A stretch of 64,000 nucleotides of DNA from Chiloscyllium plagiosum (taxonomy: Eukaryota): positions 29,486,125 to 29,550,124 of the forward strand of contig NC_057720.1 of the NCBI RefSeq assembly GCF_004010195.1, given 5' to 3'. The notes under the pieces were generated by a model, which was not told the origin of the DNA, did not search any database, and worked only from the letters and a program-made list of their open reading frames with translations. The position numbers and the translations under genes were made by a program. This document shows, one piece after another, positions 24,285 to 37,580 of the stretch (the stretch's first letter is position 1; every line of letters starts with the position of its first letter).

Positions 24285-26838
24285 GGATAGCATAGGAAAC
24301 ATGCGTGGAGTCTATACAGATAGGGGAAGCCCTAAATGAGTTTTTTGCTTAAATTTTCACAAAGGAAAGGGATTTTGTTGTGAATGAGAACTTTGACGAG
24401 CTGGGAAACAAGCTTAAACAGATTGAGATTGAGGAAGTTGATGTGCTGAAAACTTCGGCAAATATTAAGATTGATAAGTCTCCAGGGCCAAACCAGATTT
24501 ATCCTAGGTTATTCCGAGAAGCAAGAAAGGAGGTTGTTAAGCTGCTGGTAAAGATCTTTGCTTCCTCGCTCTCCACAGGAGTCGTACCGGAAGATTGGAG
24601 AGAGGTGAATCTTATTCCTCTTTTCAAGAAGGGGAATATGGAAATCCCTGGCAATTACAGATCAGTCAGTCTTACATCTGTGGTCACAAGGTTTTGGAAA
24701 GAATTCTGAGGAATAGGATTTATGACTTTTTGGAAAAGCATAGCATGATTAAAAGTAGTCAGCATGGCTTTCTGAGGGGCAGGTCATGCCTCACAAATCT
24801 TATTGAGTTCTTTGAGGAGGTGACGAGACAGGTCAACAAAGGTCGAGCAGTTGATGTGGGGTCTATGGACTTCAGCAAGGCATTTGATAGGGTTCTCCAT
24901 GGTAGATTCATTCATAAAGTCAGGAAATATGGGATACAGGGGGATTTGGCTGTCTGGATTCAGAATTGGTTGCCTGACAGAAGTCAGAGAGTGGTTGTAG
25001 ATGGAAAGTATTCTGCCTGGAGGTCAGTGGTAAGTGGAGTCCAGCCCGGCTCTATTGTTGGGCCTCTGCTCTTTATAGTTTTTATAAATGACTTGGATGA
25101 GGAGGTTGAGAGTGGGCTAGTTAATTTGCCGATGGTGCGAATGTTGAGATGCCATTGATAGTATTGAGGGCTGTTGCAGGCTGCAGCTCGACATAGACAT
25201 GGGCTGAGAAATGGCAGGTGGAGTTCAACCTGGATAAATGCAAAATGGTGCAATTTGGAAGGTTGAACTTGAATGCTGAATATAAGATTAAAGACAGGAT
25301 TCTTGGCAGTGTGGAGAAACAGCGGGATCTTAGTGTTCAAGTGCATAGATCCCTTAAAGTTGCCACCCAAGTGGATAAAGTTGTTGAGAAAGCATATGGT
25401 GTTTCAGCTTTCATTAGCAGGGGGATTGAGTTTAAGAGCTGTGAGGTTTTGCTGCAGCTCTACAAAACCCTGGTGAGACCACACGGAGTATTGTTTAGAT
25501 TACAGTGGTGCTGGAAAAGCACAGCAGGTCAGGCAGCATCCGAGGAGCAGGAAAATCAATGTTTCGGGCAAAAGCCCTTCATCAGGTATAGAGACAGGAA
25601 GCCTCCAGGGTGGAGAGATAAATGGAGGCGGTGGGGAGGGGAGGAGGGCTGGGGAGAAGGTAGGGTACAATAGGTGAACGGGGGTAGGGATGGAGGTGAT
25701 AGGTCAAAGGGGAGGGGTGGAGCGGATAGGTGGTAAGGGAGATTGTCAGGTAGGACAGCTCATGAGGACAGTGCTGAGCTGGAAGGTTGGAACTGAGGTA
25801 AGGTGGAGGGAGGGGAAATGAGGAAACTGGTGAAGTCCACATTGATGCCCTGGGGTTGAAGTGTTCCGAGGCGGAAGATACGGCATTCTTCTTCCAGGCG
25901 TCAGGTGGTGAGGGAGCGGCGGTGGAGGAGGCCCAGGACCTGCATGTCCTCGGCAAAGTGGGAGGGAGAGTTGAAATGTTGGGCCACGGGGCAGTTGGGT
26001 TGGTTGGTGCACCCTCCCCTCTGACCTATCATCTCCACCCCCTTCTCCATTCACCTATTGTACTCTTTGCTACCTTCCCCCACCCTCGTCTCTGACCTAT
26101 CACCTCCATTCCACCCCCATTCACCTATTGCACTCTTTGCTACCTTCTCCCCAGCCCACCGCCCCCCCCCCCCTTTATCTCTCCCTGCCTCTATTCCTGA
26201 CAAAGGGCTTTTGCCCAAAACATCGATTTTCCTGTTCATCGGATGCTACCTGACCTACTGTGCTTTTCCAACACCACTCTAATCTAAACTCTGGTTTCCA
26301 CAATGTGCAGTCCTCATTTTTGTCTTTGGAATATTGTGTCCAGTTCTGTTCGCCCTATTATAGGAAAGATGCGGAGGCTTTGGAGAGGTGCACAGAAGGT
26401 TTACCAGGATGCTGCCTGGACTGGAGGGATTGTCTTACCAAGGGAGGTTGACTGAGCTCAGACTTTTCTCTCTGGAGAGAAGGAGGAAGAGAGGTGACCT
26501 GAACGAGGTGTTCAAGGCAATGAGAGGCATGGATAGAGTCGATAGCCAGAGATTTTTCCTCAGGGCCACAAGGGGTCATAGTTTTAAGGTGTTAGGAGGA
26601 AGGTACAGAGGAGACATCAGAGGTAGGTTCTTTATGCAGAGAGTTGTGAACACATGGAATGCATTGCTAGTGGTGGTGGTGGAAGCAGAGTCATTTGGGA
26701 CATTTAAGTCACTGCTGGACATGGAGATGGACAGCAGTGAATTGAGGGGTGCGTAGGTTAAATTATTTTATTTTAGATTAGGATTAATCCTCGGCACAAC
26801 ATTGTAGGGCCTGTTCTGTGTTGTATGTTTCTATGTTT
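24285..26838 (+). mobile_element. CR1 (HER1-like) LINE, 5'-truncated, RT to 3' tail
   Basis: ORFs 24380-25158, 25218-25490, 26388-26756: KSPGP, GNYRSVSLTS, SQHGF, DFSKAFD, GPLLF; ttctatg tail. Confidence 0.92.
25495..26327. mobile_element. Penelope-like element with inverted pLTR
   Basis: GIY-YIG tail on - strand plus inverted pLTR; TSD gga(g/a)tattgt at 25485-25494 and 26328-26337. Confidence 0.85.
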
Positions 26839-27434
26839 CAAGCAATATATTTGGATTTCCAGAGGGCATTGAAAAGGTACTGCACATTCGGCTACTTAAT
26901 AAGATAAAAGACCATGATGCTGGAGCTACTCTGTTAGTCTGGATCGAGGATTGGCTAATAGAACACAGAGAGTTGGGATGGCAGGGAATGCATTCTTAAG
27001 ATGGCAACTTGCAATTAGTAGAGTGCCGCGGGGATAATTATTTGAATGCTGAATATAAATGTACTGTCGCCAACTTTACAAATGACACACAAATAAGTGA
27101 GAAGGTAAGTGGTAAGGATGGTGCAAAGAGTCTGCAGAGGGACATAGACAGGTTAAAGGAGTGGACAAATTCTTAGAATATAATTTGGGAAACTGTGAGG
27201 ACATGCACTGTATCAGGAAGCATAGAGGAGCTGAATATTATTTGAATGGAGAGCTGCAGCACAGAGGGAATTGGGAGTCCTTATGCATAAATCGCAGAAG
27301 TCTAGCATCTAAGTTCAGCAGATGACAGTGAAGGCAAGTGTTACTGATATTCATTTCAAAGGCAATGGAATATAAAAATAGGGATGTTTTACTGAAATTA
27401 TACAAGGTACAAGTCAGATCACTGATAGAATACT

Positions 27435-29256
27435 GTGGATGTGGGTTTGCTTGCTGAGCTGCAAGGTTTGTTTTCAGATGTTTCATCACCATACAAGGCA
27501 ACATCTTCAGTGAGCCTCCAGATGAATCATTGGTGGTATGGCCCACTCTCTATTTATGTATTTAGGTTTCCTTGGGTTGATGATGCCATTTCCTGTGTTG
27601 TTGTCATTTCCTGTTCATTTTCTCAGGGAGTGGTAAATAGGATCCAAGTCAATGTGTTTGTTGATAGAGTTCCTGTTGGAATGCCAGGCTTCAAGGAATT
27701 CTTGTGCATGTCTCTGTTTGGCTTGTCCTAGGATGTCAAAGTCAAAGTGGTGTCTTTCCTCATCTGTATGTAAGGATTCTAATGAAAGTGGGTCATGTCT
27801 TTTTGTGGCTAGTTGATGTTCATGTACTCTGGTGGCTAGTTTTCTGCCTGCTTGTCCAATGTAGTGTTTGTTACAGTTCTTGCAAGGTATTTTATAAATG
27901 ACATTAGTTTTGCTTGTTGTCTGTATAGGGTCTTTCAAGTTCATTAGCTGCTGTGTTGGTGGGTTTATGGGCTACTATGATGCCAAGAGGTCTGAGTAAT
28001 CTGGCAGTCATTTCTGAGATGTCTTATAATAGTGTAGTCAGTGTTTCCTTGGCCATTGATGGATGTGAATAGGGCTGTTACATCAAAGGAGACCATTATT
28101 TTATCCTCTTCTATCTTGGTGTCTTTGATGGTCTTCAGGAATTCTTGAATGGAGTAGATGGAGTGGTGTGAGTTGTCTACTAAGTATTTTAGACTTTGGT
28201 GTAGCTCTTTGGCCAATCTGTAAGCTGGTGTTCCAACTAGTGAGGCTATAGTCTGAGGGGGGCTCCTGGTTTGTGAATTTTGGGTAATCTATAGAAGTGT
28301 TGTGTGTTGGATCTGTCTGGTTTCATTTTTTGGAAGTCAGTCTTATTTATTTGTCACAGAAAACAACACATCCGGATCAAATACTGAACTACAGAAGCAA
28401 TCATTCCAACACCCACAATTGAAGCTGCTTTAGCACATTATTTCAATGAACCACCACACACTACAGCACAGAGGAACTATAAAGAGCAGAGGAAAATCAC
28501 CTGTACAGTGTGTTCAAAAAGAACGTGTACCCAATGAACACAGTCTGCCGATTTCTCAGCAACAAACCCAAACAAGCAGACAAAACATATCCAGAAACCC
28601 TAGCCACTCTCCTCTACATCAAAGACATCTCAGAAATGACTGCCAGACTACCCAGACCTCTTGGCATCATGGTAGTCCACAAATCCACAAACCCACCAAC
28701 ACAGCAGCTAATGGACTTGAAAGACTCTATACAGACAACAAGCAAAACTAATGTCATTTACAAAATACCTTGCAAGAACTGTAACAAACACTACATTGGA
28801 CAAACAGGCAGAAAACTAGCCACCACAATACATGAACATCAACTAGCCACAAAAAGACATGATCCACGCTCATTAGTATCCTTACAAACAGATGAGGAAG
28901 GACACCACTTTGACTGGGATAACACATCCATCCTAGGACAAGCCAAACAGCGACATGCACAAGAATTCCTTGAAACCTGGTATTCCAACAGGAACGCTAT
29001 CAGCAAACACATGGATCCCATTTACTACTCCCTGAGAAAATGAACAGGAAATGACATCACCACAGGAAATAAAGTCACTGCAGGAAATGGCATCACCAAC
29101 CCAAGGAAACCTAAATACATAAATAGAAAATGGGCTATACCACCAGTGCTTCATCTGGAGGCTCATTGAAGATGTTACCTAGTATGGTGATGAAACACCT
29201 GAAAATGAACCTTCCAGCTCAGCAAGCAAACCTGCGCTACAAATGTTCCCAAAACG
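27435..29256. mobile_element. Penelope-like element, second family, two inverted copies of RT C-terminus/GIY-YIG
   Basis: NVIYKIPCKNCNKHYIGQ(T/A)GRKLAT..HEH on both strands (27615-27944 -, 28510-29043 +), MVSFDVTALFTSI; TSD cact(g/a)atagaatact at 27420-27434 and 29257-29271. Confidence 0.92.
27474..27513 (-). ncRNA. Minimal hammerhead ribozyme motif in Penelope pLTR (second family)
   Basis: Reverse strand tca-CTGAAGA-t-gttgcc/ttgtat/ggtgat-GAAAC-ATC-tga. Confidence 0.6.
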
Positions 29257-30769
29257 CACTAATAGAATACTATGAATAGTTTTGGCTCTTTTATATGTGA
29301 AAAGATATGCTGGCAAGGGAGGCAGTCCAGAGAAGGTTTATTAAGTTGGTTCCAGGAAAGGAGGGGTTGTCTTATGAGGAGGGGTTAACCTGTTTCAGTC
29401 AGGTTGCCTCTCATTGGAGTTTAGCAGAATGAGAGGCAACCTGACTGAAACATGTCAGATTTTTAAGGGTTTGACAGGGTAGTTGCAGAGAGATTGTTTT
29501 ATCTCGTGGGAGAGTCTACTCAAAGTCAATTTTTGGTAAGATTCAGCCCTGTAAATATTTGCCATTCAGCTCTCCTTTGTGACACTTGCTATTTGCTGAA
29601 TCTAGTTATGTTCATATTTAGTAGAAGTAAAAAACTGACATATATGACGTCAACATCTTTCCAACATTGTACCTAAAATTCACTCACATACATCCACTAA
29701 CAAGAAAATGGAAGAACAGTCACACGGCTTGTCAGGTCCACTGCAAATTACTGTCCTTTATAGAATACATCTTCTGATGTTTTAAAATCAGGATAAGTAC
29801 TATGTAAAAACTGACAAATGAGAGGTTCCCAAAAAGGCCAGTACTCATGAAAGTATGTGTACATTTTGTTACTTTTTAACATTAGTTCTCATGCATGCCA
29901 TATTCTCAAGAGAGTGTCACATAACGCTGTTTGACTTTCAACCCTCTATTCCATAAAATATTCAAATAATGCTATTTAACTAACCAAAATCTCCCTCCAA
30001 TTTAACAGCAGACTTGCAGATATGTCAATCTTTCTCAGGTTGCAATCTGTTGAAGTGAACTAAAGCTGAGTCATCAGAGAATTATACAAATTAATGTGGT
30101 AATTAGGTAATAAAAGCTCAAATAATGCTATTAAGGGAAATAAGATATGAAATATAATGATAAAGTGATGTGACAATATTACATGGTGATTAATAATTGC
30201 ATCTTAAATTATGATCCATAATGGAAGATGATTTTCTGACATCTACTGTGATGGAATTTGCAGCCAGTGTTACATTTTTCATCACTCCATTTGAAATAAA
30301 ATTGGCTAGAGATGTATCAAAGACTGGTATCTCACTATCACTTATTTTATGCATTCACACTAGGTCAAGATACATCCCGTTGGCTAAAAGCAATTGATTG
30401 CAAAAATGACAGCATGAGTACTTGAGCTGACAGAACTGGGGAGATCAAGATAATATGCAATACAGGGTACATTCAATGATTTTCCAACAAACCACTGTCC
30501 GCTGAGTACCTTCACAAGTAACATTTGTGACCAGGGTTCAAAGAGAACAAAAGGCTTGGATTCATTCTATAAGAGGAACAACAGTTTCAAAATTTCTGGA
30601 AGAACTTATATGGATGAGGGCACTGGAAATAAGGAGTGGGATGTTGGATGTTGGTGTGGCACAAAACTTCTGTCACCTTAATGCTATGCCCAATATCGAA
30701 GCGTCAAGATAATTTGAATTTTAAACAGGGATGTATGCTACTTCTAACATAACTAGCTATTGTCTGATT

Positions 30770-31470
30770 GTCTGGCTGATGATGGGGAAAGGAGGTTGTG
30801 GCTGATCAGGTTCTGGTCTCAACTAACTTTTCTGTCTATCCCTATAACCATTGACTCCCTCTTCTACCAAAGTCTACTGAACTCAATCTTGGATAAAGTC
30901 AATGACCTAGTCTCCACAGTTCTTTGAGGAAGAAAATTGCATGCACTAATAATCTTCTCCGAAAAGAAATCTTCATCTCTGTCTGAAAGAAGTCTTTTTT
31001 ATATTTAAAGTACATCCCAAATTCTAATCTCCTTCACAATTAGTTCTGGTATTCATTAAACCAAGCCCCCTCAGGATCTTATGGGTCTCCTTAGAAAGTG
31101 CATCACATACTCTTCTGTCATTGCCCTGGTAATTGATGCAGAATAGAGGTGGCATGGGAAGAAAGAAGAGAATAAGAGTAGTTTACCAGATCTCATTGTA
31201 ATTGAAATGTATAACTTAAGTGAGTCAGGAGGAAAAGTAATTATCCAACCAAGATCCTGGAGAGGAAAGTGAAGGTTAGGAAGAGAAATAATGCTACTAG
31301 GAAAAATAAATTACAGAGCAATGGGAAAAGTATGCAGAAAAAGCTAAACTGCATATCTCTTCCAAAGAGTTGGCACTGCACAGTGTGCAGAATGGCACTA
31401 ACTGTGCATTCATTCCCTGAGAAACCTCAGCCTTCATTTCCATGTCTTTCCCTGATTTAGAAAGGAGATT
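30770..31470 (-). mobile_element. Composite repeat: unknown ~360-bp domain joined to a CR1-like 3' tail (copy 1)
   Basis: Colinear similarity to 51480-52150. Confidence 0.55.
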
Positions 31471-31589
31471 AATGGAAAACCTCAACTTTTGCCTTTGGAA
31501 AGGGAAAGCAGAGGACCGTTTGGGTTGTTAACAGACCACTCTGACTATCATTCCACCAAAATGGAAGTCTCAAAACTCCAAGTGAAAAT

Positions 31590-32384
31590 AATTTAATTAA
31601 CATTTCACCAACAGGAAAAACACCCGTGTGGCCAATGAGCCAGTGACAAGCAAAACCGAGAGCAAACAATGCCTACATGAAAAAGGTGAAGGGGAGGGTA
31701 GGGACTACATCAAGATAGAATTGGAGGGGGAAATAAATCCCTCCTCCTCGCAGTGCCCACCTCTTCCTAAATAAATCAAGAGCAATTGTAGACACCATGT
31801 GCTCCATTTCCAGGGAAATCAGATCCCGAACACATCTCCCGGTCATATTTTAAAAAATTGTTTTTTACCCATATCATGTATGTGTAGGTGCAAGACACAG
31901 TGGAAACACCAGTTATAAATAATTTTATTAATACTGCACCACCAGGAAAATTGAGCAATGCCTATGTGGCAGAACAAGTGAAGGTGAGGGTAGGGGCTAA
32001 ATCAAAGTATAGTTAGAGGGGGAAATAAAGTACTCCACCCTCTGCGGTGCCCACCTCTCCACAAAGAGGTCAAGAGCATTGCTGGATACCTTGTGCTCCA
32101 TCTCCAGGGACACCCGGGCCCAAACATATCTCCTGGTGAAATTTTTTTTTGCAGGCTGTGGCCAGCCAACGTGGAGTCAGTCCTCAACTGAGGAGGTTCT
32201 AATATATACATATTTTATTCAAAGTTATACAAATTGACAATACATATCACACTAACAGTTTATCTACTGGTGAATTTTTTTTTCTTTTTCAGAGTCAGTC
32301 CTCAACTGAGGAGGTTCTAATCTCCCGTTTTTTTCTTCATTCAAAGTAAGACAAATTTACAATACATATGACACCTAACAGTTT
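31590..32384 (-). repeat. Array of Tx1-type 3' ends and short units inside the Gypsy B 3' LTR
   Basis: Two Tx1 ORF2 C-termini (~31705-31830, ~31997-32127) and shorter units, each bounded by atctcc(t/c)ggt-type target copies and T tracts. Confidence 0.75.
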
Positions 32385-33740
32385 ATCTCCTGAATATGTC
32401 AGTCAGCCAGGGCCAATCCCAACCAAGCAGCTCATAGTCAATGAAATCCACCTGGTTCCAATCACTACATCCCTTCCCCTTCTAAGTCCAGGGATGTAGG
32501 CCTGGCCTTTCTCTTATAGCTTTTCCTGTGATGTTTTCACCCCAGGTCCAGTGCCTCTGATTCGAACTCTGACACGGGCAGTATGTACCAGACCATAGCC
32601 CATTTTTTGTGTGTCTGGAGCTTCTTGGGAGAGTTTCGTCCTCTTCTTCTCGTGGTAGCAGTATCGAGGCTGCATCCATCTTGGACTCTGAGGTTTTCTC
32701 TACATGAGAGAGAGAGGGTGAACCCACGATTTCTATCAGGCTTTTGGAGTGTTCTGATGGGTCAAGTATGTTTTGCTTCTGCCCTGTTTGCGAGGCAACA
32801 GCTTTCATGTGATACACAAGTTTGTTCAGGACCTGACCTCATGTCAATCTGGCCTAGTACCCATACAGGGCCATTTCCATGGTGCCAGCACCAAACTTCA
32901 TCCCCTGAAGTAAATTGTCTCTCTCGCTTAGAGGAAGCATGTGGCTAGCATTCGCGTTCCTGCTGCTGTCTCACCCTAACCCCAAGGTCTGGGAATGTCA
33001 GATTTAGCCTGGTGTGGAATATTCTCCCCATCAGCAACTCTGCTGGAGCTATCCCTGTAGTTGCGTGAGGAACAATCCTAAAATTGAACAGGAACCGTGA
33101 CAGTTTGCTATTGAATGACACTGTGGCCTGTTTCTTTAAACCTGTCTTCAACATTTGGACTGTGTTTTCTGCCAGGCCATTGGACGATGGATGGTATGGA
33201 GCTCATTTGACTTGAGGAAATACTCAAATTCCCTGCTGGTAAATTGTGTCCCATTATCCGTGGCCAATACTTCTGGGAGTCCATCCATTGCAAACGATGC
33301 TCGCAGCTTTTCAATTGTCATCCCTAAGTTTTCCAAATGACCTCGATGCACATCCAACCACTTTGAATGGGCATCCACAATGATCAGGAACATTGAGCCG
33401 AAGAAAGAACTAGCATAATCAACATGTAACAGAGTCCTGTGTTTAGGCGACCATTCCCATGAATGTGGGGGCACCACCAAGGGCAATTATTGTGCTTGCT
33501 GGCACTCTGGACACCATCCCACCAATGCAGCTAGCAGACGTAGCTTCTTGTGAGTGTCTTCATTTTGGAAACCCCTGAGGGAGTTCAGCCAATATCTAAC
33601 GGCGACCTTTACTCGGGACAATCACTCTAGCTTCACATAATAATATGCCTCTATGGTGATCTGGTCTCACTAAGTCCAGAAATGTTTCAAACCTATTTGT
33701 GATAGCCCTTCTGTTTCCTCCATTACCACCAGTTGTTTTA

Positions 33741-33945
33741 GTCAATAAAATATGGAGCTGGAGAAAAAACAGCAGGTCAAGCAGCATCAGAGGAGCAGGG
33801 GAGTCGACATTTCATGCAGGACCCATCATCAGGGGTCGAAACATCAATTCTCCTGCTCCTCTGATGTTGCTTGACCTGCTGTACTTTTCCCAGCTCCATA
33901 TTTTATTGACTCTGACTTTCCAGCATCTGCAATCCACACAATCTC
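33741..33945. mobile_element. Penelope-derived hairpin element inserted in Gypsy integrase region
   Basis: ~70-bp inverted arms (caataaaatatggagctgg / ccagctccatattttattg); degenerate TSD ccagttg..ttttagt. Confidence 0.75.
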
Positions 33946-34360
33946 CAGTTGCTGTTTTAGTTTTGCAAACAGGATCTTTTTGTGTCCACAGTCAAATATT
34001 GTCAGCGGTGACAGGAAGACTGTCCAGAAAGTTTAAAACCAGAACGGATTCTTCCAGGGGAGGCAACATGCTGGAGTATCTGCCTGTGGGAGGTAGATCA
34101 AGACATCTGTATTTGCCTCTTGGCCTACTGGATGGTGTTCTAATCCATACAGGCTGAGATTAAGGGCCTACTGCTGAATTCAGCCAGAATGTATGGGAGG
34201 CACCACCTTGTCTTCTTTTGATAGCCCAAGCAGGAGTTTGTGGTCTATTACTATGACAAATTCACATCCATAAACATACTGGTGGAACGTTTATGGATGT
34301 GAATTTGTCAAATCAAAGATGACAGACAAACTTTCCTTCTCTATCTGGGCGTATTTGCAT

Positions 34361-34545
34361 ACATAGAACGTTACAGCGCAGTACAGGCCCTTCAGCCCTC
34401 GATGTTGTGCTGACCTGTGAAATTAATCTGATACCCATCTAATCTACACCATTCCATTATTATCCATATGTATGCCCAAAGCCCATTTAAATGCCCCTAA
34501 TGTCGGTGAGTCCACTACTGTTGTAGGCTGTTCCACGCCCCTATT
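34361..34545 (-). mobile_element. CR1 3' end fragment within Gypsy RNase H
   Basis: acatagaacgttacagcgcagtacaggccctt tail typical of the CR1 copies here. Confidence 0.75.
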
Positions 34546-37500
34546 TTGTTTTTTATCATTACGAGTTCAATACTTATTTGCTAAAGAAAATAAATAACCC
34601 ATTGCACACTGACCAGTATTTGTTCAGTCCAGCTGAAAAAGTGCAAATAATTTACTTATGAACATCTTTGTGTGATTTGACAAAATGGAACTGAAAAGTC
34701 AAATACTAACGCTGGATAACAATTGATATCATTATTCACCAATTTTGGATTTAAAAAATCGAGAAAATGTAAATAACCTTAGACAACATTAAATAAAAAC
34801 AGTTTTTGGCTCTGATTAAAATGATAATGTAGAAGATTTTAAAATCAAAATCAGTGCAAAATATAGGTTCCACAAATAAGTACTTCATTAGCTAGCTAAA
34901 AGCTAGTTCAATTCAGAAATTTGCAGGGTTTTTTTCCTGCTAACCTTCATTTTTTTTAAAAATGTAACAAGGGTCATTCATGTGAAAGTACAGTTAATGA
35001 CTTTTGTTCCTGATTCTAACATTTATTTTCCCTCTGAATTGTCTTTTTGTTGGATTTCAAGATGTTTTTGAAATCTGTTAATCAGGAATGCCAGCCTGTA
35101 AATCAGAACTTTAACAGACACTAATTTTCGATCCATTTATCTCACACCACATTCAGCATCAGCCAAAGTCCAAGAAGCAAAGCTATTGGGTGCTATCCTC
35201 CATTGGGCCAACAATGAGCTAACACTACCCTGATCCTGCACGGGGAGGCGTCACACATCAGCACCACCTCTCACTTTGGATCATAGTGGGTCAACACCAC
35301 AGGTGACAATAGTTGCCTTTTCACTTCCCTAAAGGCTACTTCTTGCCTACACGACCATTTCCAAGGCTGTCCCTTTTGCAATAGCACATGAAAGGGTGCC
35401 AAGGTGGAGGCCAGGTTACATATGAATTTTCTGTAATAATTCAATAACCCAAGGAAAGACCTAAACACAGATGTGGGAGGCGGAGCCCCTTTGATCACCC
35501 TCACTTTAACTTCCAACGGGTGGAATCAGGTTTAATTGACTCTGTAACCTAAGTAGGTCACTTGGGATGCCTGGAACACACATTGTTCCCTTCAAAGACG
35601 GATACCTATCTGGGAGAAATGTTTAAGCACTATGTCCAAGTTCTCCAAGTGCTCTTTATTGGTCTTCCCAGTTATTAGCATGTCATCCAGATAAATAGCC
35701 TTTGTTAAATGTTCTTCATGACACGCTGGAAAAGGACGCAGACTGATGATACCTCAGATGGCAGTCTTGTGTGCTAATATAACCTCTTATGGGTATTAAT
35801 TGTAGTGTACTTCTGGGACTCCTTATCTGGTCTATTACAGATAAGCATTGTTCACGTCCAGCTTCACGAAGGATAGCCCGCTGCCGCCAACTCTGCGTAG
35901 AAGTCCCCTATGTGAGGGATCCAGTATTTAGCCAGCTGCGAGGCACAATTTACTCTTTGTTTAAAATCCCCACAAAGGCGAACTGAGCCATTAGGCTTCA
36001 CAATCGATCCGACCAGTGCTGCCCATTCAGCAAACTGCTCTGATTTGATGTTTCCTTCACTCTCCAGCCTCCTGATTTCTGCTTCTCCTTTTGCCCGCCA
36101 TACAAATGACACCAAGCAGTCTTTAAGAAATCACAGAATTGCTTCCTGGTCAACATTTAAAAGTGGCTTTGGCCCGTTTGACAGTCCCTTGCCTTTCCAG
36201 AAGAACTCCTGGATATTTCTTTAGGGCTTCACTGGAAGCCAATTTAGGTGAATCTTTCTCAGCCAGTTTCACTCCAATAGGCTTGGGCCCAAGCCTCTTA
36301 CTACCATCAGTGGTAACTGCACCAACTACTCCTCATAGGAGACCAGAACCGAAGTCATATCCTTAATCTGCAACATTTCCTCATTGTATGTTCTCCGTCT
36401 GGCTGCGGTCTTGCACAAACTTAAGGGTTGGAGACCCATGCAAAACTAGTTAAAGGCAGGTTTTGCAACCACAGGTACAGCTGCATGGGTATCGACCTCC
36501 ATGGAGAACTGGGTGACCATTTAACCAAACACACATTTTAATCAGTTCTGATTTGGACATCACTAAGCAATTTAATTGTTCCAATTGACATGTAGATGGA
36601 CTTTCCAGAGTGTGCACTCTCCTGGATACTGGCCTATGAGTGTTCTTATTCAAATCTGGCCTTGTAGGACTCTACTACTGTCTCAAGTCCGCATACAAGC
36701 AACAATTACAATGGTTTGCCGGCCCAAATCCTGAAGCTATTTTTTGCTGCTTGGCCGAGGCTCAGCTTTGCTGTGGGCTGGCCTAAATTCCCTCTGCTCA
36801 AGATATGCCCTGCGTGGGGCTCTGCGATTACCCACACTCCTGTGATGGTCCCCAACCTCAGTCGGACAGTAAGGGTGTCCACTTCGATTGGGATACCCTG
36901 TAGCTCCAATGCTCCACTTGCCACATTTTCTAATGACAAGGCCAGCTGCAGTTTGACGTCCAGTTGGGCTTCAGCTAGCAGATGCTTCTGCATTGATTAC
37001 ATCATTAATCCCACTTACCAAGTGGTCTCTCAGCATTTCATTCAGAGTTAATCCAAAATCACATGCCTCTGCCAGTTGTCTTAATCTCATCAAAAACCCA
37101 GATATGGACTCCCCCAGTTCTAGAGCAGCTGAATAAAAATTCAGAGTTAGAGGAGGTTTGGGGTCATAATATTCCTTAACCAACTCCGTCAACTCTTGGA
37201 AAGTTTTAGTGTCTGTTTTTAAGCCTGTTAAAACCTAAAATGCCGTGGGTCTACAAGTAATCAGAAGAATTACTCATTGCTTTTCATCTGCCCAATGCTA
37301 TTTGCCTGGAAAAATTATTGCATTCTTTCCACATTCTGGGCTCAGTCTTTGACAGCAGGAAAAAAAAATGAGTCAAGCTTCCCCAGTAATAGCATGATGC
37401 CAGAAAGGCTTACCCTAACTTCAAGATGACTGTCGTGAGTGAATGTTCTTCTGTCACCACTGGAATAACTGCTCAGGGGCTGGTATCTCGTCACCAAGTC

Positions 37501-37580
37501 ACCTTTTATTACTTGTGCGCGTACACTGGCTGTGGCCAGCCAGCTGAGAGTCAGTCCCTGGACTGAGGAGATTCTGAATA

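Larger units (their letters stand above)
24130..29520 (+). mobile_element. Older CR1 (24130-24285, 26840-27434, 29257-29520) interrupted by a younger CR1 and a Penelope element
   Basis: RT motifs continue across the insertions (SQLGFMKRKSYLINL ... YLDFQRA ... LLKLYKV ... VQRRF). Confidence 0.75.
32150..37580 (-). mobile_element. Gypsy LTR retrotransposon family B, near-complete but decayed
   Basis: 5' LTR end at 37461 with gtggtgacag PBS; gag (36706-37400), protease VWLNGHP, RT (VRLCGDFK, YLDDM ~35680, FRSFLGLLNYY), RNase H, integrase (LHVDYA, IIVDAHSKW, ATDNGTQFTS); PPT aggggaaggga 32470-32480 abutting LTR start TGTAGT at 32469. Confidence 0.9.
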
